Shown here: one piece after another, positions 23,237 through 34,183 of the stretch
Layout of the letters: each line of letters begins with the position of its first letter
Position numbering within the stretch: position 1 is the stretch's first letter
NCBI GenBank assembly: GCA_965603825.1
Contig: CBFDEM010000022.1
Location: 124,001 to 188,000 of the forward strand
From: Blepharisma stoltei ATCC 30299
Taxonomy: Eukaryota > Protista > Ciliophora
DNA length: 64,000 nucleotides
Direction of reading: 5' to 3'
Notes under the pieces: model-generated
What the model was told of the DNA's origin: nothing
What the model saw: the letters and a program-made list of their open reading frames with translations, nothing else
The model's database searches: none
Made by a program: the position numbers and the translations under genes

Positions 23237-24157
23237 TTATCTAGTATTTATTAAAGGTGGAATCAACTGCTTGATATCATCTAATTTCTTTGTCAATATT
23301 GTAAATGCCTTACTTACAATGCTTTCCGGCTTCAACGCTCCTGAGCTTTCCACTTTGAATATAAACCTATCCTTCAGCTGTGAAACCCTCACAACATTAT
23401 CATGCACATTCAGCAGCGCAGAAGCACTTCTGGTAATAATCATTTCTCCTTTTCTCATGCATTCCTCACAAAACATGCACTTATTCAGCTTCACAACCTC
23501 AATATTGCTTTCCTCATTCAGTTTATAAACCCCTACAGGACAGCTGTTAACTATTTCTTTTCTTTCTTCTGCAGTGAACTGGCTTTCAAGTCTCTGCTGA
23601 TTTAAGTATATATCTGGGGTGTATTTAAAAACAGCTGTAGCAACTGGTGACCATTTGGCATGCTCTTTGCCGATCCCTTTTCTTGCATTACAAGTAATGT
23701 CAATTTCTTGGTTTTTTCTGAGTTTTAGGATGAGGATTGGGCCGTCTGAGTCAGCAGGACGGACGTCGTTACCTTGTTGTGATAGGTGACGAAGATCGCG
23801 GGACGTCACATCCAACACACCACCTTCTTGATTTTTTACTTTGAGTCGGAACTGGACTGCACAATGTTCACAGTGGCCTGTACACTTGCAGTCACGAGGA
23901 AAATCGTAGTTGTCTTGGTTTTCACTGATGAGAGGGATCAAGCCAAGTCTGTGAGCGATGAATTCGTCGTGAAGGGAGCTTGTGTTAGTGTGGATATGAA
24001 CGACATCAATGGCCATTGTAGGGACTTCTGCGATCATAACGCGACGCAAAGAGTTAGCGACACTTGAGTCGACACCTGAAAGAGTGAACTTTATTTTTTC
24101 GCGAGTGATTTTGTTGATTTCGATGTTTGGAGCTCTCCCTCTGTAAACTTCACTCAT
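23237..24157 (-). CDS. RPB3: RNA polymerase II subunit RPB3
   Basis: ANSLRRVMIAEVPTMAID, DEFIAHRLGLIPL, CKCTGHCEHC, KGIGKEHAKWSP. Confidence 0.95.
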   Translation of the reverse strand: MSEVYRGRAPNIEINKITREKIKFTLSGVDSSVANSLRRVMIAEVPTMAIDVVHIHTNTSSLHDEFIAHRLGLIPLISENQDNYDFPRDCKCTGHCEHCAVQFRLKVKNQEGGVLDVTSRDLRHLSQQGNDVRPADSDGPILILKLRKNQEIDITCNARKGIGKEHAKWSPVATAVFKYTPDIYLNQQRLESQFTAEERKEIVNSCPVGVYKLNEESNIEVVKLNKCMFCEECMRKGEMIITRSASALLNVHDNVVRVSQLKDRFIFKVESSGALKPESIVSKAFTILTKKLDDIKQLIPPLINTR

Positions 24158-24426
24158 AAAATGGATTATAGATTAAGATATTTTTGAGTCAAGTGAGGAG
24201 ATTATTTTAATGGAATTATTTTAAAGAGAAATATATGAATAAATGAAGTAAAATTATAGTTTAAGCTGTTATGAAAATTATTATACTTTTTTCAATCATC
24301 TCCGATACTCTAAAATATAGCGATTATAGGATTGATTTTAGAGGCTAGATGCAAAAATAGAGCATCATATATAAATTTAAACAGAATAGCACAGATAAAT
24401 AATCATAGACAATTGTAAATAATAAA

Positions 24427-25671
24427 ATGGTCAATCTGGGCGAGTATGTTATTCAATACTCTGGAAATGGCTCTGTTCTTCGCTGCCTTGCAGTTGCTGA
24501 TCGCAATTCTTCAGGCTCTCCGGGGCAATTAGAAGCTTTAAGACTAGCTTTGGAGCTTGCTCACACTCAGGGGAAAGTTCATCTCTATGATAGGATTCGC
24601 CAAATAGTCACAAACCATTTAGGAGATCTCAGCTTCCTAAATTCAGACCACTATATGTCCAACGACTCTTTCAAAGACTGGGAACTCCAATTCAAAGAGC
24701 AAATCGAAAGAAAAGAGCTTGCAGTTAACCAGGCCAAAAATGCAGGGCTCAAAGACTCAATGAAAATAAGTATTATCGAAGAAGGCGACATGTTTCTAGA
24801 TGCAGGAGAGCCTGGGCTTGCTTTAAAGACCTATATGAGGCTTAAAGACATTCAGAGCACCAAAGATCAACAATATGAGTTATATACCAAAATTGCCAGA
24901 GCAGCCCTGCAAAAATCGAACTTTTCTTATGCCCAGAATATCTGTCAAAAAGCGATATCAGTAGGAACCGCTTCATTGCCTCTGAAATCTGTGGTTCAAG
25001 CTATTGTTGGAGTTTGCCATCTGGAAAGCAAAAACTATAAGCAAGCAGCTCGTGCACTTTTGGAGGTAAGACAAGGACAGCTTTACCATGAATTTCTTAC
25101 TGACTCTGATATAGCGATATATACTTCTTTGTGTGCTTTGATATCATTTGACAGATCTGAAGTGAAAAATGAAATATTGAAGTCTAAGACTTTTGGGACA
25201 TTTCTGGAAGAAGAACCAAGATGCATTGAAATTCTAGATGCTTTCTTATCGTGCAGATATTTCGATTTGATACAGAAATTGAATTTGATTAGAGATAGCT
25301 TGAAATATGACTTGTTTATAGGCACTAAATTGTCAGATATTTACTTAGAGATCAAGAACAGAGCTATTGCTGACTTTTTGAAGCCTTTCAAAAGGGTGAA
25401 ACTAGATGTTTTGGCTCATGCATTTAATAGCAGTGTAGAAGATATCGAGAAGCAAGTTGCAAGACTTATTATGGACGGGACTGTGGAAGCAAGAATAGAT
25501 AGTCACAATAAAATCATTCAGAGTAGATTTGCTAACGAAAAAATAGTCACTTATAGAGAAGCCCTGAATATGGGAAAGCGGTTTCTGAGAAATAACGAAT
25601 CAATGCTTTTAAGAATGAACATGGTCCAGCAAAAGCTCATTGTCAAAGAAGCGAAAAAAGGGCAGAGATAA
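24427..25671 (+). CDS. CSN1: COP9 signalosome subunit 1 (PCI domain)
   Basis: Helical region plus PCI domain with DIAIYTSLCALISFDRSE and ARIDSHNKII, CSN1-type rather than RPN7-type. Confidence 0.85.
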   Translation: MVNLGEYVIQYSGNGSVLRCLAVADRNSSGSPGQLEALRLALELAHTQGKVHLYDRIRQIVTNHLGDLSFLNSDHYMSNDSFKDWELQFKEQIERKELAVNQAKNAGLKDSMKISIIEEGDMFLDAGEPGLALKTYMRLKDIQSTKDQQYELYTKIARAALQKSNFSYAQNICQKAISVGTASLPLKSVVQAIVGVCHLESKNYKQAARALLEVRQGQLYHEFLTDSDIAIYTSLCALISFDRSEVKNEILKSKTFGTFLEEEPRCIEILDAFLSCRYFDLIQKLNLIRDSLKYDLFIGTKLSDIYLEIKNRAIADFLKPFKRVKLDVLAHAFNSSVEDIEKQVARLIMDGTVEARIDSHNKIIQSRFANEKIVTYREALNMGKRFLRNNESMLLRMNMVQQKLIVKEAKKGQR

Positions 25672-25846
25672 TAATTAAGAACATTTAATTTTAAAATCAA
25701 TTAACCTTAATGCCAAAACAAATGCAAAATTCCTTATTATTTTTTATTTTCCTGCAATTAGGATTCTATCTCTAAATTATAGATATATTAGTTATCGAGA
25801 ATTCAATATAAATATATAAAATCCATTACACCTAAAACAAATATTT

Positions 25847-27115
25847 ATGCAGAATCAACAACAAAGGAAACCAAACTCTATTGTAATGCACATGGAAGAG
25901 CATAAATCTGACCTTCTGAATATTCATAAAAGGTATCAAGCTTCTAACGATCAAACTGATCTTGTAGAAAACGCAGAATCAATTCTGCAAGAAGTCGTCG
26001 ATTCCTTACAATTAGCAGTTGAAGAGCTGCCAAGCTTAATCCCTTCATTTATAAATTTAGTAAGAGCAAGGCATCGAGACTCCCAATTTCAAACTTTTCC
26101 CGAATTTTTTGAATTGCTTGCAGGATGAGCAGTTTCCCATAAGCTTCAGTCCAATAAAACAGCTCAGCTTCAAAGACTATTCCTCCAGCACTTAGACAAA
26201 TCAATAAAACAGTACAAAGTTCTTCTAAAGCAAGCAAAAGATCCTGAAGAAACTGCTTCAATTAGGCAACTCCTAGAATTACTTATCAGCAAAAGAAAAA
26301 TTGTGTCTCAAGCTAATAAAGCAGACAGTGTATCTTTTAGCTTCAGACGAGAAGTATACGCACAAGAAGAAAAAGGAATCCAGGACCTTTTTAATTTCTA
26401 TTCTAAACAACATATGATGACAGGCAAAAACCCTACATTTGAGAATATTGGAGAAGCCATCGATACAATAGACTCAGGGAGTTTTTTATTTTTTTGCAAA
26501 TCCTTTCAAATTTATAATGAGAAAAAAGTTGAAGGAAAACGATTTTTGACTAAACAGGAGTTGTTGGACATTTTCAAAAGGACATCAGTTTTGCAGAGAA
26601 ATATGAATTTTCAAGGATTTAAGCAAGCTTTAGATGAGATTGCTTTGGCACTTTTTAACGCAGAATATGATAAGCTATTGCCGATTCCTTGCTCTAATTT
26701 AGGACTAGAAGAGAAAAGAGTCATGCTTTGTGAACTTTTAAGATGTGGAGACCCTAAATATGTAAGTGCTACTTGTAAGCCAATTGGAAAACCTTTTGGC
26801 TCAATTGATAAAGCTACGAGAAGTCCTGGAGAAGACCCAAATAAAAAATTCAGGTATAGGCTTAACGAAGAAATGAAGGATCAGCTTAATGTTTATAAAA
26901 GAGAAAAAGAAATGAAACAAAAATTCGAAAAGGAAGAAAAAGAAAGAGAAAATTATGAAAGGGCCAAAGTAGCACAAAGGAAACTAAAGGAGAAGAAAGA
27001 ACAAGAAGACTTGAAAAAGCGAAAAGATGCACTTAGGATCCAAGATTTAGATAAAGCAAGACCTCAAGACTTCGAGCTCGGAGAAAATCTTGAAGACTTA
27101 ATTGAAGAGAGTTAA
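25847..27115 (+). CDS. Hypothetical protein with EF-hand/p25-alpha-like helical domain and coiled coil (422 aa)
   Basis: Two same-frame ORFs joined over TGA at 26126-26128; IQDLFNFYS..FLFFCKSFQI..LTKQELLDIFKR..MNFQGFKQALDEIA. Confidence 0.6.
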
Positions 27116-27255
27116 TGATAAATAATTCACTTAATATTAGCCTTATATCTACTCTTCCTTAGGTTCTGCATTTTTCTGCTTATTTTCTATTACTTGCCTT
27201 ATCATTTTTAAATTAATTCATCAATAATTTCATCTCGATCTAAATTATTTCAAAA

Positions 27256-28971
27256 ATGGTAGATCGAGACCAGAAAATCCAAGTGATAGTCCGCAAACGG
27301 CCTCTAAACTCTAAAGAAAAGGCACGTGGAGAAATAGATATTCTTTCTCAGCGGTCACCTCAAACAATTGTAGTCACTGAGGAAAAAGTAAAAGTAGATT
27401 TAACCAAATATATAGAGGAGCATCATTTCACATTTGACGGTGTATTCAGTGAAGACATCACAAACGAACAACTTTACCGAGCCACAGTCCAGCCAATAGT
27501 CCAAGCTGCATTTCAAGGCGCAAAAGTTACATGTTTCGCATACGGACAAACAGGGAGCGGAAAAACATACACAATGATGGGAGAAGCTCAAACTCCAGGC
27601 TTATATCTGCTAGCGGCTAATGACCTTTTTTATTACCGAGAGCAGCTTTATCCAAATATAAAACTCTGGGTATCTTTTTATGAAATTTATTGTGGGAAAC
27701 TTCATGATCTTTTAAATGAAAGACAAATACTGCATGTCAGAGAAGATGCCAAGCAAAATGTGAATATCGTCGGACTACAATATAAACCAGTGGAAGATGT
27801 ACAAACTTTAATGCAAATTCTCAGCTTTGGCCTAGCTGCAAGGACAACAGGGACGACAGGAGCAAATGAAGATTCGTCAAGATCACATGGGGTTTTGGAA
27901 ATTTCGCTTAGAGAAAAGCGAAAAGCAGTCGGAAAGGTTACATTTATTGATCTGGCTGGAAGTGAGAGAGGAGCTGATACCCAGAATTCTGATGGAAAAA
28001 CAAGAATGGACGGAGCAGAGATCAATAAGTCACTGCTAGCCTTAAAAGAATGTATAAGGGCTTTGGATCAAGATAAAAAACATACCCCATTCAGAGGAAG
28101 TAAGCTTACTTTGGTGCTTAAAGACTCTTTTGTAGGAAACTGCAGGACTGTTATGATTGCTAATGTTTCACCTGGGATTACAAGCTGTGAGCATACATTG
28201 AATTCATTGAGATATGCAGATCGAGTAAAAGAGCTGAAAAAAGGAGGCGGAGGAAGTGCAGCAGCTACAAGAGGTGCTGATCAGCTTGCAAATATTCTTA
28301 TGCTTCCAAGACAAAATGCTAATGTAGTGAGATATGTAAAAAGTGGCGAAGAAGAGGAAGAGGACGAAGATATCTCGCCGAGAGTTGCAAATAATGCGCC
28401 AAAAATCACAGTCAAAGAAGACTCTGATCGGCCTACATCTAAAGGAAATGGCACTAAGCCTGCAGCTCCTCATGAAAAGCCAAGAAGCAGAATTGGAGGT
28501 GGCTTCACATCTCCAAAAACTCAGCGAAACTTGGCCCCTCCTCAGCCCCAGCCTCAGCCTCCAGCTCCTACTGCAAACCATATATTTGAAGAAGCCCAAA
28601 ATATGGACCTTGAAGAGCTTACTGCAACCCATGAGAATCTTATCGGGATTATTTTGACTGAAGAAGAACAACTTATTAATGCACATAGGAAAACCATTGA
28701 TGACATGGTAGATGCAATTAAAGTGCAAATGGCGCTCCTTAGCGAAGTCGATAAGCCAGGAAGTGATGTAGACCAATATGTATGTGAGCTAGACAAAGTG
28801 CTGGCTATGAAAGAAGAGATGATAAGAGGCCTTCGAAAGCAACTGAAAAACTTTAATGATCATTTGAGACAGGAAGAAGCAATGGCTGCTGCTTTCAATG
28901 CTCGAAAGTCAGCTATGGACGTATTTGATTTGGAGGCTCCTGATGGAGATTTACTGCAAGATATGTGATAG
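27256..28971 (+). CDS. Kinesin-13 family microtubule depolymerase
   Basis: VRKRPLN, KVKVDLTKY, GQTGSGKT, SSRSH, DLAGSER, LKECIRAL; with TGA=Trp it ends at the adjacent TAG. Confidence 0.95.
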
Positions 28972-29058
28972 ATAGTTAATATTCATTTATAGCAATTAAT
29001 TAGGGATTCGTAAATCAGCCTATTTATTGAAAAAATCTTTATTATATTTTCAAAGTAA

Positions 29059-30936
29059 ATGGGTGCTTGCTGCGGCAGCGGAAAGAAAATTTACATTAAT
29101 CACAAAGGTGCTACTAGACAACTAAAAGAGTCCACTGATATGAGCACTATCCTCTCAGAAGTAAAATCCTTTTATCCTGAACTCAATGATTCCAATTTTT
29201 ATCTTACAATAAATGGAGTTAAATTGGCTTCAGAAAATCAACTAGCACAAGCTCTACGCAAAAAAAGCACGCTCACACTTGCAGTGGTAGTCAAAGAAGA
29301 AGTAAAGATTTCATCAACAATGTCAATTTACCCTCTTTCTCAAACTACATGCAGCTTTTCATTAGACAGCAATAAATTCACAGCATTGCTTCTGACTCCT
29401 AAGTATGTTTTAGTTCCTAAAATCGCAATTTCAAATAATAATGATCTTGAGAAAGTAAAGATTCAGCTCTATGATTACAAGAAAACTTTGTCTTTAAAAG
29501 AAGGCACATACATTGATTTGAAAAAAATTCCATTTGTCATCCTCGAGCTAAATATTACAAGAGATATCAAAAGTGAGTTGAAGAAAAGGAGTTTTTGTGC
29601 TTTAGACATAAGTGATCAAAACTATCCAGGTGATAAATGTATTGCTTTATTTTTTTCACAACAAAAGCCCACACTAAGCGAAGAAAGAATAGAAATTTTA
29701 GCAGTCAATAAAAATGTTTTCTCCATTTCTAAGACTTTGCCATTTAGCTCACTTGGTGGAGGAGTTTGTGGGACATCAGGAAAACTAAAAGGAATTATCG
29801 CTGGAGCAGAGTCAGGAAAATGCCTCGCCATTTCAATCACTTCTATAATTGATGCTCTTCAGGCTATTTCCCAAGATGAATCAACTGTTGAATATAAGCT
29901 ATGAAAATCAGTCATGAAAATTTATGAGCTTACATTCCCACCTCCAATCACTCCAAATGAGCAAATATATGTGAAGAAAGATAGCATTGAAGAGATTGAG
30001 GCTGATGAAATCATTTTTGAAGTGAAGAGAGAAGGAATATATAATAAACAGATGAAAGAAGGTAGTGAAGAACAAGCTTCAAATCTAGAAGTTGAGGTAA
30101 ATATCCCAATGCATCCAGCGATTCAGGTAGAAGAAGAGGAAGAGGAAGAAGAGCCAGCTTTACAGATTCCTTATAAAGAAATTACAGCTTATATCAACCC
30201 CTTAACAAGTCAAATGATAACTTATCATCCAAATGAATATTCAGTCACATACCATGACCTCAAAGCTGACCTTTATAACGATTTCACTATTGTGCCATCA
30301 GAACAAGGACTTTATATCATTTCAGAAGACAAAGCTTGGCTTTGGGAAACCAACAAACTTACCCCTCTAAATGAGCTTCAGGTCGTCCACAAAAAGCATG
30401 CAGCTGCTATATACAAAAATATGCTTATCGTTATTAGTGGCAAAAACACTTCAAAAGTAGAAGGATTTAATTTAATCAGCAAAACTAACTGGATGTTTTT
30501 AGAAGACTTAAATAAGCCAAGAGAATCAGCTGTTGCTTTATCAATGGAAGATGGATTATACTTATATGGAGGAATAAAACATGAAAAAACATGCAATTCA
30601 GTGCTGAGATATAATTTCAGATGGGAAAAAATAGGCTGGAAGCTTCCTGAAAGGCTTTCCCAGTTTGGAGTATTAAAAGCTGATAGTGGAATTATTGTAT
30701 TTGGAGGCTATACAGCTGATGGAGCTGAAAACACTATGGCATGGGAAGTAGAAAATGGAGAAAGCCGTGAGATAGGAGAGCCACCTGTAAGAGGATCTTT
30801 CTATGGCCACCACGCAGGCCGATTTGGAGCCCTTTATGTGACATCTACAATTAACGGCCGCTTACTGTCCTTCAATGCTAAAAACAAGAAATTCTACTTG
30901 CTTTCAATCGGCAACAATGAAGGTTTTGCAATTTAG
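29059..30936 (+). CDS. N-acylated protein with degenerate trypsin-like domain and C-terminal Kelch repeats (625 aa)
   Basis: MGACCG start; two same-frame ORFs joined over TGA; Kelch-like IVISGK..VE, LYLYGG, IIVFGG..W repeats. Confidence 0.7.
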
Positions 30937-30954
30937 CTTATTAAATATTTTAAT

Positions 30955-32745
30955 TTAACTCTCCACAAGTTTTTCTATAACTGTTGTTTTTCTCAGTACA
31001 GGCTGAATATACTGTTTATCAATTTCTTCAATTCTTTCCAGTATAGTGACTGCTTTATCACTATCTCTAGGACTATTTGCGTCATACAAATCCTTATGAA
31101 TAGAGTCTCCATGTCTTGTAATAACCACGTCTTCGACTCTCAGCTTCAAGCACCTTAATACAGGATATGTCATTAGGCCTAAAATCACAATTGTAAATAA
31201 AATCAAATACTGGGTGGTTGAAATTATGACGTCTGGGTTCTTTGTAGGGAGACTTAATGCAAGAGAAAAGGCTACAGCCCCTCTCATTCCTGAAAGTCAT
31301 ATCAAGATTTGGTGCTTTATATTGATTTTATGAATTCTGAAATAGTTGCAAATAGGAGAAAGCAAGAAAACTACAACCCCACGGCTTGAAAGCAAAAGCA
31401 AAATACTTACTGAGATGACTGACCATAGGATACTTCTGGTATTCAGAGGGATTGAAAGCCCTAAATACACAAAGCAAAAGTTTTCAGCTATAAAGGCAAA
31501 CGTCCTAAAAGTTTGATGGGTTGTGATTTTGCTTTCTTCTGATAGCGAAAAATGGGTATAGTGAGCCATTATCATACCTAAAAACAACAATCCTAAGATT
31601 CCAGACATCTCTAATGCTTCACACAGCACAAATGGGATATAAGACCACAAGAAAAACATTGCAGTTTCTAAAGTTGGGTGGTCTGAAAGCTTAAAAACCT
31701 TAAATACCAAAGCTGACAAAATCCCAATTATTACTCCAACTGAAATAGACCCTACAAAAAGATAAGTAAATTGTATCACAATATTCCCCAGTTCCAGCTC
31801 TTTTTCATTTTCAGCAAACTGAGCAAAAGTTTTAAACAGCGCAATAGAAATCGCATCATTTAGCACGCTTTCTCCAAATACGATCATATGCAAAGTTGTA
31901 TCTACTTTTGCAGCTTCAAAAATTGCTATAGTTGCGACAGGATCTACAGCAGAAATTAAAGAGCCAAACAGCAAGGATTCAGTGAGTGACAGCTCATAGA
32001 GATTAAAAAAATTGCAGCATGCGTATATTGCAAAGCCAAAGATGAGGGCTGATATGATGGTTCCTACGACTGCAAACATCAAAATTGTGCCGATATTTGT
32101 GAAGAATTTTTCTTTGTTAGAAGAATAACCTGCATCAAACATAATTGGTGGGATAATCAGTAAGAAAAAAGTTTGAGGGTCAAAAAACAGGCCATTTGAT
32201 AAGTTTGTGTCGGTAAAGTAAACCAAATATATAAGTCCAATGAATAAGCCGAGAGAAATTGAGCCAACACTATCAGGAAGACAGTGAAAAGGCAGCTTTA
32301 TAAGGCTAAACACCATTAAGACGCAAAGGACAGATGAGCTAAGCAGTAAAGTAATGCTCTGGGCTTTGTGAGGCCATGTGGACATAAAGTTGGACTCTTC
32401 TGAGCAGTTGCTTTCATTAGTATACCCATCTTCACATAAACATTTTCCTGATCCTTTTATACCCGCTTCACAAACTCCGTGGCCTCCACATACTTTATGA
32501 GCTGATTCAGGACAGCTGACACATTTAGAGCCATAACGGTTTTCTGCACATTCTTCGCAGCCTTGCCCGCGGAAAGAATCGTAGCATTGGCATTCATATC
32601 ACATGGATAAAGTAGAATTCAAATTTCCTTCTTGTTCATATATTTCGTGGCATTCTCCATTGTGGCTACATGATAAAGGACAATGAGATAAGTCAACTTG
32701 TACTGCAGATGCAAATAAGGCTAAAGTGAGTATAAAAAACTTCAT
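30955..32745 (-). CDS. CPA1 Na+/H+ exchanger (NHE8-like) with signal peptide and EGF-like N-terminus (596 aa)
   Basis: FFLLIIPPIMFDAGY, FGSLISAVDPVA, VFGESVLNDA, [W]LSGMRGAVAFSL; frame extends upstream over one TGA to ATG 32745. Confidence 0.9.
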
Positions 32746-33087
32746 AATTTTCTTTATAGATATAATCTTTTAACATGAATTGATAGAGAAAATGTATTTT
32801 ATATATTTTTTAGCATGAACATGCTTATAATTTGAGAAATAATTAAGCTAATATTTGCTTATACATTATATTCAAACACTTAGATAAGAAGAGATAGCAT
32901 TTGTGTTGATTTATATTCAAAAATTTAAAGTAAAGCATGAAAATACATCAGAAAGTTTTAATTAAAATAAATAACTATTCAGTGTTGCAAATAGAATTAC
33001 ACAAACAGGTTGAATAATTAAAAAAAAATTATCTTTATTGTCAAGGAATTAATATAATAGATTAAAAGGGGCTGAAAATAATAAAAA

Positions 33088-33900
33088 ATGAGTGATATAG
33101 CTTATAGCTTGCTCTTTGCCTCACTAGAAACTCTGGTTTACCAAAACTTATACAATCATAAATTGTGTCTTTGTGCAGAGTGTCCTATTATTTTGGATAA
33201 GCCAAATAAATTAAACCAATTGAAAGACTCTGGTATCAACCCAACAAATCAGCAAAGAATTTCTGAAAATAAGCAATTAGCTAAAAGTCAATCTGGAATT
33301 TTAAATGAAAATTTATCTAAAAATAGTGCTTTTTCTAAGACTTCTGATACTAAAGCAAGTCTCCCTTTAAAAGTAAAAGGAAAAATTAAATATGAATTTG
33401 AAGACAAAGATCAAAAAGCAAGTGAGCCCATAAAGCCATCAAAAGCAGTTAGCTCAATTTCAGTCCCAGTAAAAAGGTCAAGGTCTGCAAATGAAGATAA
33501 AAATGCTGATGAATCTCCTACAAAGAGAAAAGTAAAATCGTCAAATTCTTCTCTTCCTAGTCAAGAAACCTCTGCTACTAATGTAAAGGACATCTATAGC
33601 AAAATTTCAGACATAAGTATGCAGTTTAAACAGGAAAAAAGCAATGAAAATAGCTCTGAAATTGCTCAAGAAAAAAATACTAAGCCCGCCCAATTAACAA
33701 ATGTGAGAGAGTTAAGACAATATGTTAATTACATTATAAGGAAAGTTAAGGGTTTGGTTTCTTTGAGAAAGGGATTTAAAATAAATAGTATGGAAAAGAA
33801 TTCACTAAGGCCTCCTTACATGGATATTGGGACGTTTCAAGAATTTAAAGAATTGAATCCAATATATAATGATAGTGTGCAAGATTCTCAAATGCGCTAA
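33088..33900 (+). CDS. Hypothetical K/S-rich protein (270 aa)
   Basis: Long open frame, low complexity, no recognised domain. Confidence 0.6.
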   Translation: MSDIAYSLLFASLETLVYQNLYNHKLCLCAECPIILDKPNKLNQLKDSGINPTNQQRISENKQLAKSQSGILNENLSKNSAFSKTSDTKASLPLKVKGKIKYEFEDKDQKASEPIKPSKAVSSISVPVKRSRSANEDKNADESPTKRKVKSSNSSLPSQETSATNVKDIYSKISDISMQFKQEKSNENSSEIAQEKNTKPAQLTNVRELRQYVNYIIRKVKGLVSLRKGFKINSMEKNSLRPPYMDIGTFQEFKELNPIYNDSVQDSQMR

Positions 33901-34183
33901 TTGCGAATGAATATATAAGTGTCAAACATTTGATTATTAATTTAATATAATGGTACCAATTATGAATATATTTAAAATAAGTTCTTATGGCTTTAGTTGT
34001 TAGGAATCATTGCTCAGGTTAGCTATTTTCTTATTTTATTATATCAGTCTGCTTCCATTTAATTAATCAGCCCTGAATCCTAAAAACCCTCTGTATCATT
34101 AATATATTTAAAATATCCTCACGCAAAATCTAATACAACAATAATTCTCCAAAAATTCAATAGCTCGAATTTATAAAAAAATC

